DNA of 39,667 bases from Bdellovibrionia bacterium. GTDB taxonomy: Bacteria > Bdellovibrionota > UBA1018. The DNA is taken from assembly GCA_045805065.1 (NCBI GenBank), contig JBJMMA010000193.1, forward strand, positions 1-39,667. The letters run 5' to 3'. Both the position numbers and the translations under genes were made by a program. Positions 1 through 7,732 of this stretch are shown one piece after another (the stretch's first letter is position 1; every line of letters starts with the position of its first letter). The notes under the pieces are model-generated. The model had not been told where the DNA came from, searched no databases, and saw nothing but the letters and a program-made list of their open reading frames with translations.

Positions 1-316
1 GTCAGTCTCGACATCACCCGGAAAGTCTCTAAGACTTGCGTCTTATGCTCTCGGGCTGCCATTTGCCTTTTACCCCTCTGAAGATGACTACAGTCCCCTT
101 CAGTTAGGCTGGCCTGACTCCTACCGCCCCCACTTTCTCTTTCAAAAAATTCATCCAAATTGTCAAAGATCATTCCCTACAGACGACAAAGTACCGAAGC
201 GCTGGTCGTTTCCTTCCGTCGCTTTCGTTACTGCTTCGTTGCGGGGTGAAAATGTAAGTACACCTCTCCCAATTTTGCTGCAACATCTTTTTTAAAAATT
301 TTTGGATTTTTTTTCA
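1..316 (-). promoter_or_regulatory. Probable rRNA operon promoter/leader (rRNA itself would lie left of the window)
   Basis: On the - strand: A-rich UP-like tract (287-316), TTGCAG, boxA-like GATCTTTGACAATT (158-171), then small GNRA-capped hairpins (TAAGAC-GCAA-GTCTTA, 30-45); no ORF. Confidence 0.55.
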
Positions 317-318
317 GA

Positions 319-1455
319 TCAACGAGAGGCCGCTGTTTCGGGCTTCAAAAGCGATACATTTCCGCTATCGGACGCTAGCTTCAATTGCTCGCCGCCATCA
401 TTCACCATTCCCATGAGGCGACTAAACGGACGGCGAGATGCTTTTTCCTGCAGCAGTCCTTGATAGCCGCTCGGGAGAATCAGAGGAAAAGCACTGAACA
501 CTCTTCCTGAGCCGCTTCTTAGATCCACCTCAGCGGAGAAGCTGCTTGGAACGGTAAGCGAGACGCTTCCGGAATTGGATTCAATGAGTGCCTTATCGAC
601 AAAGGACCATTCTCTCATTTGCGCAGAAACGGTCCCCGTCTCTGTACGGCCACTGATGAAGCCCGAAGAATCCGCGATCGTCACATTTCCTTGGCGTGTG
701 TGAAACTCGATGCGTCCTTTAAGCTGTTTCCCATCAATTGCTCCGGCTTTCGTGACGTAGAGCTGATCACCTTCAACGTGCGAGACTTTGACTGCACCAG
801 CGTCGCTCTCAACATAAATCTGCGGGCCATCCACCTCGGAAATCTCGACATTTCCCGCTCCTCCCATGCATCGAACGGAGGAGTGAATGGACTTTACGCG
901 AACAGTGCAAGCAGGGCACAAAACCGCGACGGTTCCTTTTCGAACTGATTCAATCTCGACAGCACCCTGTGTGGAGCGCACCTCAAGATTTGCGTTCCAA
1001 CCTTTGATAATGACTTTTCCACTGACTGCCCAAACTCTCAGTGAAAGACTGGAGGGCGCTTGAATGTGGAGATCCATTCCGACCTGTGGAAGGTTTCGCT
1101 CCTTGAGGCGCTCTTCGATTTTCAGGCCGCGGCCGTATTCAGCGGAAACCTCGATGTCTTTTTCGACGTTTTTATATCTAACGTCTGTATAAGAAAAAAC
1201 GCGGTTTGCTTCTTCTTGAGATGCGGCTTGAACTTTTCTGAAAGCTTTCAGTCGTACTCGGTCCTGAGACCAGCCATCAATGGTGATATCCCCTCGAGCG
1301 TTGGTGATTCGAAGCTCACCCAGAGATCTCAGTGGAAAATCGCGCTCGATCGTATCACTGAAGGTTGCGGCCCCCCCGTTCTGGGCCAGAACTCCGCCTA
1401 GGATCCCGGCTAAAATCGAAAATACGAGACTTTTGCGCGTTACAAGCTTGAGCAC
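319..1455 (-). CDS. Secreted DUF4097/adhesin-type beta-strand repeat protein
   Basis: Signal peptide; repeated 'S/T-x-x-G-x-V/I-x-I' beta units. Confidence 0.75.
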   Translation of the reverse strand: MLKLVTRKSLVFSILAGILGGVLAQNGGAATFSDTIERDFPLRSLGELRITNARGDITIDGWSQDRVRLKAFRKVQAASQEEANRVFSYTDVRYKNVEKDIEVSAEYGRGLKIEERLKERNLPQVGMDLHIQAPSSLSLRVWAVSGKVIIKGWNANLEVRSTQGAVEIESVRKGTVAVLCPACTVRVKSIHSSVRCMGGAGNVEISEVDGPQIYVESDAGAVKVSHVEGDQLYVTKAGAIDGKQLKGRIEFHTRQGNVTIADSSGFISGRTETGTVSAQMREWSFVDKALIESNSGSVSLTVPSSFSAEVDLRSGSGRVFSAFPLILPSGYQGLLQEKASRRPFSRLMGMVNDGGEQLKLASDSGNVSLLKPETAASR

Positions 1456-1528
1456 GATCTTAACAGTTTAAGAGCCAAAATTAGCGAAGTCTAGGAAATC
1501 CCTACTGAAAATACCTTTTTCGAAACCC

Positions 1529-1557
1529 TTGTTTTTCATACTGCGCTGCGTTATTCT
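1529..1557 (+). promoter_or_regulatory. Putative sigma70 promoter for the structured RNA
   Basis: TTGTTT-N17-TATTCT; predicted start near 1565. Confidence 0.45.
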
Positions 1558-1627
1558 CTTTCTTAGGAACAGTTAACAAGCTTAGCCCACGGAGATGGGC
1601 TCTAGAAGAGGGTGGTTACCCATACCC

Positions 1628-1728
1628 CCTTTGATAAGGGCAAACCGGCGCGAAAGGCCGGGACGCAAAGCCACGGGACTACGAGCTGACCTACCCCGAT
1701 CAGTTCTTGTTAGCCGGGCTGCCAAAGG
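1628..1728 (+). ncRNA. c-di-GMP-I (GEMM-I) riboswitch aptamer
   Basis: GGGCAAACC-stem-GAAA-stem-GGGACGCAAAGCC...TAGCCGGGCTGCC; P1 CCTTTG/CAAAGG; G20/C92-equivalent bases. Confidence 0.92.
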
Positions 1729-1826
1729 AGAGGATGAAGATAGGACCAGAAAGGTCCGACCTAAAATTCAAAGGGGGGTCCCCCAACCAGCGAGAGCTGG
1801 ACGAGCAAGACCCCTCTCTTCTAAAA

Positions 1827-1871
1827 GAGGCCCGGCAGTGTACGAGAGCACTGCCGGGCCTCGCTATTTTT
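1827..1871 (+). terminator. Intrinsic terminator
   Basis: Perfect 14-bp stem GAGGCCCGGCAGTG/CACTGCCGGGCCTC followed by gcTATTTTT. Confidence 0.85.
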
Positions 1872-1895
1872 AACGCGATCTGTTATCGATCGGGC

Positions 1896-2570
1896 GTGCC
1901 GTTCAACGACCTTCTGATCACCGAGATTTTTCACAGCCTTCAGGGCGAGACCTCTCTATCCGGGGTTCGCTTCGCTTTTATTCGCCTGACGGGCTGCAAT
2001 CTTCGCTGTGCCTATTGTGATTCCGCCTATGCCTTTAAAGGCGGCCGTAAGATGAGCGTTGAAGAGATTCTGGATACGATCCGGCCTTATCAGGTTCAGC
2101 ATGCCCTCCTGACCGGTGGCGAACCCCTATTGCAACGCCAGACTCCTCGCCTGGCTCGTGCCCTGGTGGACGCAGGCTATGAAGTCAGCGTTGAAACTCA
2201 CGGCGAGGTTTCGATTGAGGCGCTTGCGCCGTTCACTCGGATCGTCATGGACGTGAAAACGCCTTCCAGCGGAATGAATCGCGGCGGCTACGAGAAGAAT
2301 CTCCGTTTCTTGAAGCCTACGGACGAAGTGAAGTTCGTGATCGCATCCGAATCGGACTATGCCTGGGCTCGGGACCTTGTTCGGTCGGGCAAAATCCCGA
2401 CCCGCGAAATTCTTTTCTCCCCTGCTGTGCCTGCACTGGGCTCACCCGGCAAGTTTCCCGGAGTTGAACCGCGCTGGCTTGCTGAACGAATCATTGAAGA
2501 CCAGCTTCCGATTCGAATGCAGCTTCAACTTCATAAGCTACTCTGGGGTGCAGACCGAAAAGGGGTCTGA
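1896..2570 (+). CDS. queE: 7-carboxy-7-deazaguanine synthase (radical SAM)
   Basis: EIFHSLQGE, RLTGCNLRCAYCD, LTGGEPL, LQLHK; GTG start at 1896 chosen because the longer ORF runs through the RNA. Confidence 0.88.
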   Translation: MPFNDLLITEIFHSLQGETSLSGVRFAFIRLTGCNLRCAYCDSAYAFKGGRKMSVEEILDTIRPYQVQHALLTGGEPLLQRQTPRLARALVDAGYEVSVETHGEVSIEALAPFTRIVMDVKTPSSGMNRGGYEKNLRFLKPTDEVKFVIASESDYAWARDLVRSGKIPTREILFSPAVPALGSPGKFPGVEPRWLAERIIEDQLPIRMQLQLHKLLWGADRKGV

Positions 2571-2665
2571 TTCTAAGCACTTCGTTTAAAAGTTTGGGGC
2601 TGGCAGCTCAAAAACATTGACGGAGGAGCTCCGGCTCGGATATTCCATAAGCATACATCTCGGAT

Positions 2666-2741
2666 GGTGCGGTACCAAAAAGGCTAATGGGTCAGTTTGC
2701 AAAACTGAATTGTGTCGGTTCGAGTCCGACCCGCACCTCCA
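2666..2741 (+). tRNA. tRNA-Cys(GCA)
   Basis: Acceptor GGTGCGG/CCGCACC, anticodon arm TCAGT-TTGCAAA-ACTGA, T-arm GTCGG-TTCGAGT-CCGAC, U73 and encoded CCA. Confidence 0.96.
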
Positions 2742-2762
2742 ATTTTCTTCAAACTTCAGACT

Positions 2763-3626
2763 TCATCGAATCGCTTTCACAAGAGCCTCAAAATACCGGG
2801 GCATCTTCTGCCGCGGATACCAAGCGAGTGCAACCTGATGCTCGAATACCGCGCCTGAATTGAGAATCGCCAGATCGCATCGTTTCAAAAAGAGGCCCGC
2901 GAATTCTGCGGTCAGCACCCCGTAACCTAGCCCCGCCTGAATCATCTCGGCCAAAGCCTCTGTGCTGTTTACAAAGTGCCGCTCTCCAGCAACCTGATCC
3001 AGAAGTTTATGCTTCTTCAAATAGGAGAAAGTCATGGCGTCCGATGGGTCAAAGTCGATGATTCTCTCTTTTTTCAAAATGTCTGAGAGCGCACGACGTT
3101 TCCAGGAAGCAGGACCGACCAGGACATACTCTTCGGGTTTCAGCAACTTGCTGTCCATTTCGCGGGCAACTCGCTCTCGGGAAAGAATGGCTAGCTGAGA
3201 CCGCCCATTTCTCAGTGCATCTTCACGTGATTCAAGGTCATTGATCTCAAATTCAATGGCCACTTCCTTGAAACCCTGCAAACAAGGAATGCACTGAGGG
3301 ATAATCCGAGATCGCATGATGCTTGATGGCCCGGTCACGCAGACCCGCACATTGGATTGCTCTCCTGCCCCCGTGATTTGCGCCAGCGTTTCTCCTTCAA
3401 GGTCCAGACTCGCCTGACAATATCGGAGAAGTGCCTGCCCCTCGTGAGTCAGCTGCATTCCCTTGCGAGATCTGATGAAAAGCGTGGTCGAGAGCGAGGC
3501 TTCCAGCGATCGAATCCTCTGAGTCACTCCTGTTTGAGTGATTCCCAACTCTCTCGCGGCACCATGCACGGTTTGGGTTCGAGTGATCGCAAGAAACGCA
3601 GCCAGGTTGGGACTTAGTAAACTCAT
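2763..3626 (-). CDS. LysR-family transcriptional regulator (ArgP-like)
   Basis: N-terminal HTH 'AARELGITQTGVTQRIRSLE...LFIRS...LT..G'. Confidence 0.92.
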   Translation of the reverse strand: MSLLSPNLAAFLAITRTQTVHGAARELGITQTGVTQRIRSLEASLSTTLFIRSRKGMQLTHEGQALLRYCQASLDLEGETLAQITGAGEQSNVRVCVTGPSSIMRSRIIPQCIPCLQGFKEVAIEFEINDLESREDALRNGRSQLAILSRERVAREMDSKLLKPEEYVLVGPASWKRRALSDILKKERIIDFDPSDAMTFSYLKKHKLLDQVAGERHFVNSTEALAEMIQAGLGYGVLTAEFAGLFLKRCDLAILNSGAVFEHQVALAWYPRQKMPRYFEALVKAIR

Positions 3627-3635
3627 ATAAAGTCA

Positions 3636-3655
3636 TCATTACCTGATAATAATGA
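3636..3655. promoter_or_regulatory. Putative LysR binding box
   Basis: TCATTA-N8-TAATGA inverted repeat containing T-N11-A in the divergent intergenic region. Confidence 0.55.
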
Positions 3656-3707
3656 ATTATTCAAACAAGGCGTCCATGAGTAGTACCTCTGCTGAGGAAA
3701 ACTCAAT

Positions 3708-4424
3708 ATGCTCCTGAATCACAATATTCGACCTGTGAAGTGTTTTTTGAAGAGGGAATATCTCTATAATCTGGAGGCCCACCATGGTGAGTATGAAGAA
3801 TGCCACCTTTTCGCGGTATCCAGCATCAAGGGTCGTGCCCTTGGATTTCATGCGTTTCTATCAACCGGGGCCGTGTTTTATCGACTCCCGTTGACGGCCT
3901 TCGTCTGGAAGAAAGGCACTGAAGACGTTCCGCTCGACTTCCTGCAAACCTGGGATCAGCTTGGCTATCACATCTCGGTCATTGAATATGACTTCCTGAA
4001 AGAGCTCAACGGCAAGGTTTTCATGAAGAATGGCAGGTTTGAAAAGTGCGAGTACATGTTTACCGTCGACTTTTGTCACCCGGATCCAGGTTATCTTAAT
4101 ACGACGTTTGTTGAATCACCCGAAGACCACAAGTGCCAGCACATCGTGAAACTGGCTAACGGCCATTTTGGCGCCTATCCCAATAACAAGATTCTTTGGG
4201 AAGAAATCGCGTTCGTCACGAAGCAGATTTCCGGAAGGCCAGATTACAAGGTGAATCGTCAGAAGTTTCATGCCGAGAACGGCGACTGGATGACATCCAA
4301 TGACGATCGGTTCTTTTATGATTTTTTAAAAAAGGATGAAAGCCATGTCTCGAGCAAGCTTGTGGTTGCAGCAACGGAAACTTCGGAATCCGCAGCAGCA
4401 CCCGCTCAATCTGAAACGCAATGA
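3708..4424 (+). CDS. Hypothetical protein resembling a conserved phage hypothetical family
   Basis: GAGGA RBS; motifs REYLY..HHGE, GAVFYRLP, FTVD..HPD, HKC.H...L..G.F.A.PNN (family recalled from memory). Confidence 0.7.
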   Translation: MLLNHNIRPVKCFLKREYLYNLEAHHGEYEECHLFAVSSIKGRALGFHAFLSTGAVFYRLPLTAFVWKKGTEDVPLDFLQTWDQLGYHISVIEYDFLKELNGKVFMKNGRFEKCEYMFTVDFCHPDPGYLNTTFVESPEDHKCQHIVKLANGHFGAYPNNKILWEEIAFVTKQISGRPDYKVNRQKFHAENGDWMTSNDDRFFYDFLKKDESHVSSKLVVAATETSESAAAPAQSETQ

Positions 4425-5313
4425 AAGCTTCTGGATTTCAATAGCTGCTCTCGTCAGCCCTTATGTTGGGACGGTTTTAATTGTGATGGGCGCCGAGAAG
4501 TCCGGCCTCTGGATCTGTCGAATAGGAGCCTTGCCAGTGATCGCTGCTTTTCAGAACCATCTGCAGATTCTATTGCATGAGGGCGCGCATTTTCAGATTC
4601 ATCCTGAGAGAAAATGGAACGACTTATGGACTGACTTGTTCTGTGCCATTCCGTTTTTTGGCTTTGTTCGCCACTACCGTCATTTTCACCTGGCACACCA
4701 TAGGCATCTGCTCGATCCCGAACGAGACCCGGAAATCGAGTTTTACGCTGATCAGGGCCATTTCTTTGAAAGGAAACGTCCGGCGGCGCTTCTGAAAATG
4801 CTCATTCTGGATTTGTGCGGGTACCACTACTTTCAGTTCTTTTTTGCTTACAATTCCTATCTGGTTCAGGAAGTGAGAGCGAAAAGAATGCGGGGCCTTG
4901 CGTCTCGGGATTGGCTGCTTTTGAGCGGCGCCCTGGCGATGGGCATTGGATTCATCCTCAGCACAAATGGCTTTTTCCTGTTGGCGTTTTACTGGTTCCT
5001 GCCTCAACCGACGTTTCTATTCCTTTTTTTGAAGCTGCAAGGATACGGGGAACACACTCAACGCTCAACGAGAGTGGAGGACTGCACCCTGACTCATGAG
5101 CTGGGGCTTCCTGCGCGGTTCTTTATTTATCCGCTAAACTCTGATCTGCATCTGGAACACCATCTCTACCCTTCCGTACCCTGGTACCGACTCAGAGAGC
5201 TCCGCAGCGCCCTTCGGCATGAAGCGACTCGGGCGGATTCTGCGGGTTCAACGGATGGCTATTTTTTTGGGAGAAAATCCATTTTGAAGTCTTTGCTGAT
5301 AACGACTTCTTGA
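4345..5313 (+). CDS. Membrane fatty acid desaturase-family di-iron enzyme
   Basis: His boxes HEGAH, HLAHH, HLEHH; TM segments; AAGGA 8 nt before ATG 4345 (alternative start 4336). Confidence 0.85.
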   Translation: MSRASLWLQQRKLRNPQQHPLNLKRNESFWISIAALVSPYVGTVLIVMGAEKSGLWICRIGALPVIAAFQNHLQILLHEGAHFQIHPERKWNDLWTDLFCAIPFFGFVRHYRHFHLAHHRHLLDPERDPEIEFYADQGHFFERKRPAALLKMLILDLCGYHYFQFFFAYNSYLVQEVRAKRMRGLASRDWLLLSGALAMGIGFILSTNGFFLLAFYWFLPQPTFLFLFLKLQGYGEHTQRSTRVEDCTLTHELGLPARFFIYPLNSDLHLEHHLYPSVPWYRLRELRSALRHEATRADSAGSTDGYFFGRKSILKSLLITTS

Positions 5314-5353
5314 AATCACGAATTGCGAGCCATAGACTTGAATTCAATAAACT

Positions 5354-5698
5354 ATGAAATTCACTTTCGCTCTGATCGCAGCATTCTCGATGGCCCTCTT
5401 TGCTTCCTGCTCCTCTGCTGAAAAAGCGCACAATCCCAGCCAGCAGTCCTCTCCGGCGGCTGGCGCGCCTGTACACGACGCAGGAACTGAGAAGCCTGTT
5501 TGCGCCAATGCAGGCACGCGCTCTGAAGGATGGATGTTTCAAGGTCGGCGCCTGAAATTCTCCAACTGCTCAGGCCAGATCGCGCAATGCGAGATGCAAG
5601 GCACGAGAAGTGAGGGCTGGTACGCCTATAGAAAGTCTGCTTCGGGAAGCCTGGAACGGACGGGACTCATCCAGTTCGCAAGCTGTTCCGGAAAGTAA
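5354..5698 (+). CDS. Small Cys-rich lipoprotein with two GTRSEGW repeats
   Basis: Lipobox FASC; C-x3-GTRSEGW twice. Confidence 0.75.
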   Translation: MKFTFALIAAFSMALFASCSSAEKAHNPSQQSSPAAGAPVHDAGTEKPVCANAGTRSEGWMFQGRRLKFSNCSGQIAQCEMQGTRSEGWYAYRKSASGSLERTGLIQFASCSGK

Positions 5699-5725
5699 TC
5701 GAAGCCGGATGGATGACCACGCCGA

Positions 5726-6652
5726 TTAGATGACTTCAGCTGGCGTTGACTGAGTGACTGCTTGTGCTTCGACTGACACGGCGTTCTTGTTGCGCGCCTG
5801 GCGCTTCTTTCTCATGAAGCGTTCGCGCACATGGGCTTTGAATTGAGCAATCCGAGCCTGAGTCTCCACTGGGCTCACAGGCAAGGACACTGCAGCAATC
5901 TGCTTTCTCCAGCCCACCATTGCGCTCACGTCCACGCCCACGCCAAATTCGATTTGAGCGCCGATGGCAATCACGCGCTTTTGGGTAAGAACAGCACGGA
6001 GCTGAGCAAGAGCTTCACGTTTGCCGACGGAAGAAAATGCACGGAAGACTTCTTTCATCTTTATGATTTCATCGCTCTCAACGTCGATCATGATTGAGGC
6101 TCCCACGCCTTCCACCATCTCAAGTTCAGAGTTCACGCCAATGATGGGGCCTGCAATCTCTTCCATCTTTTCCAGATTAAAGATCAAGCTCACGCCAGCT
6201 CCCGCGCCAAGCATGGCTTCGGCACCAAACTTGGCGTCAAGTCCTGTGAAAAGGCCCATTTCGACAGGGCCTTCTTCTGGAACTAAAAAGACAAGCTCCG
6301 TTCCGGCCTTTGCTCCGATCACGAAACCTGCGTCAATATCAGCAGACAGGGAAAAGCCAGAAGGCATTGGAAGCTCATGCTCCATTGACCATTGGCCCAA
6401 GCTACGAATTCTGTTTTCAAACTGCGCAATCGTGGCGACAGGAAATCCCAGGCCAAGGCCCACGTTCCATGCCGTTTGGACAAAGCGTTCGATTCGGGCC
6501 TGGGCTTTTTGTTCGGGAGTCGGAACCGCGTTGAAGAATGTCAGAGGCTCTGCAGACAGAACACCTGCTTCTGCGACAGGCATCCCTAGTGTGAGCAAGG
6601 CGCCGTAGGACAGAGCTTGGAAAATCTTCTGAGCATCAAAGCGACGCGACAT
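5726..6652 (-). CDS. Secreted hypothetical protein, Gly-rich beta strands
   Basis: AGGAG RBS, signal peptide ending AEA, upstream promoter. Confidence 0.7.
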   Translation of the reverse strand: MSRRFDAQKIFQALSYGALLTLGMPVAEAGVLSAEPLTFFNAVPTPEQKAQARIERFVQTAWNVGLGLGFPVATIAQFENRIRSLGQWSMEHELPMPSGFSLSADIDAGFVIGAKAGTELVFLVPEEGPVEMGLFTGLDAKFGAEAMLGAGAGVSLIFNLEKMEEIAGPIIGVNSELEMVEGVGASIMIDVESDEIIKMKEVFRAFSSVGKREALAQLRAVLTQKRVIAIGAQIEFGVGVDVSAMVGWRKQIAAVSLPVSPVETQARIAQFKAHVRERFMRKKRQARNKNAVSVEAQAVTQSTPAEVI

Positions 6653-6684
6653 AAACACTCCTGTTCTGTTTTGAGAACGAGGAG

Positions 6685-6713
6685 TATTTACATCGCGTAA
6701 CGCGTTGTGTCAA
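6685..6713 (-). promoter_or_regulatory. Putative sigma70 promoter
   Basis: TTGACA-N17-TAAATA on - strand. Confidence 0.5.
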
Positions 6714-6755
6714 TTTATTGAACAGTAGCCTATTTTTGTCAATACTTACGATTAC

Positions 6756-7718
6756 TTACGCTATGCGTTTTCCGGCGCGACGAGGCTCTGCTTCTTCTTG
6801 TTCTTCATCAGCTTCCTCATCTGAGGCTCCGCGTCCTTTGTTCAGAACAGCATCCTCATCGTAAACTGAATCCACTTCAATCTCGCTCTTGTCGTAATCG
6901 TTCGTCGTGGTCTCGTTCCAGAGGGTATCGAGAGCCGCGGAATAGCGATTAATGAGGTTATAGAAGATGCCTTCTGGAGCCAGAACCGTGTTGATCAAGC
7001 TCATGCTGACCGACAGGAAAATCCCCAGAATCGATTTAATCATGGCCATGGAGATGCCTTCGAGGAACATACCCATGATGCGCTTGGTTTCTTCGATCTT
7101 CTGAAGGTCCATGTCACGGAGCTCAGGAAGGCCCTTGGCGATTCCCAGGAAGGTACCGAAAATACCACCGATGATGAACAGGCCTGGAAGGATGTTGATC
7201 AGCTCGTTGAGCAAGCTGACCGGGAATGCTCCCAACAAGCGATTAAAGAACGGGTTGGTATCAAACACGCTCTTGGTCAGATCGACCATCTTCACTTCAT
7301 GGCTATCGCGCTTGAGGTAGCGGGTCTGCTTGAGCGTATCGCTCATCAGGCGAGCAACGCCTTCCTCAATCAGGAACACGCGATCCGTGAGACTTGCGAT
7401 ATGATCGAAGTTGCGGCGCTTGTACTTGTTTCTGAGCTCAAAGCACTCATGAAAGGTGTGCTCAAGAATCTGCCGAGTGATACGGTGAAAGGAGCTCACG
7501 CGAAGAGATTCGTCGGCATAAGATTCGGCCACATAGCGACGAACGCGCTTTTCGAACTCGACCGCAAATTTATGTTCGGATCTGGCGACATACCAGATCA
7601 ATACGCGAGTCATGACACCCACGACGAACGTTGCTCCCATGAGAGGGATCACAAGCTCTGCCACGAATCCCAAGACATGGTCCACCAAGAAGCTGCTAAT
7701 CGGATCCATTGTCATCAT
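6756..7718 (-). CDS. MotA/TolQ/ExbB-like 3-TM ion-channel subunit
   Basis: LPGLFIIGGIFGTFLGIAKGL TM motif, three hydrophobic helices, acidic tail. Confidence 0.7.
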   Translation of the reverse strand: MMTMDPISSFLVDHVLGFVAELVIPLMGATFVVGVMTRVLIWYVARSEHKFAVEFEKRVRRYVAESYADESLRVSSFHRITRQILEHTFHECFELRNKYKRRNFDHIASLTDRVFLIEEGVARLMSDTLKQTRYLKRDSHEVKMVDLTKSVFDTNPFFNRLLGAFPVSLLNELINILPGLFIIGGIFGTFLGIAKGLPELRDMDLQKIEETKRIMGMFLEGISMAMIKSILGIFLSVSMSLINTVLAPEGIFYNLINRYSAALDTLWNETTTNDYDKSEIEVDSVYDEDAVLNKGRGASDEEADEEQEEAEPRRAGKRIA

Positions 7719-7732
7719 AAAGTTTTATCCCC

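Noticed and set aside
1..135. GGGGGCGG-starting structured segment on the - strand as tmRNA or a second riboswitch
   Set aside because: Lacks the tmRNA GGATTCGAC motif and the GEMM P2 geometry; the upstream boxA-like motif fits an rRNA leader better
1595..1895. 92-aa ORF and the 63-aa N-terminal extension of QueE
   Set aside because: Both run through the aptamer and terminator; QueE homology starts near 1896
2715..6700. Integrated element at tRNA-Cys
   Set aside because: No integrase and no duplicated tRNA 3' end seen by eye
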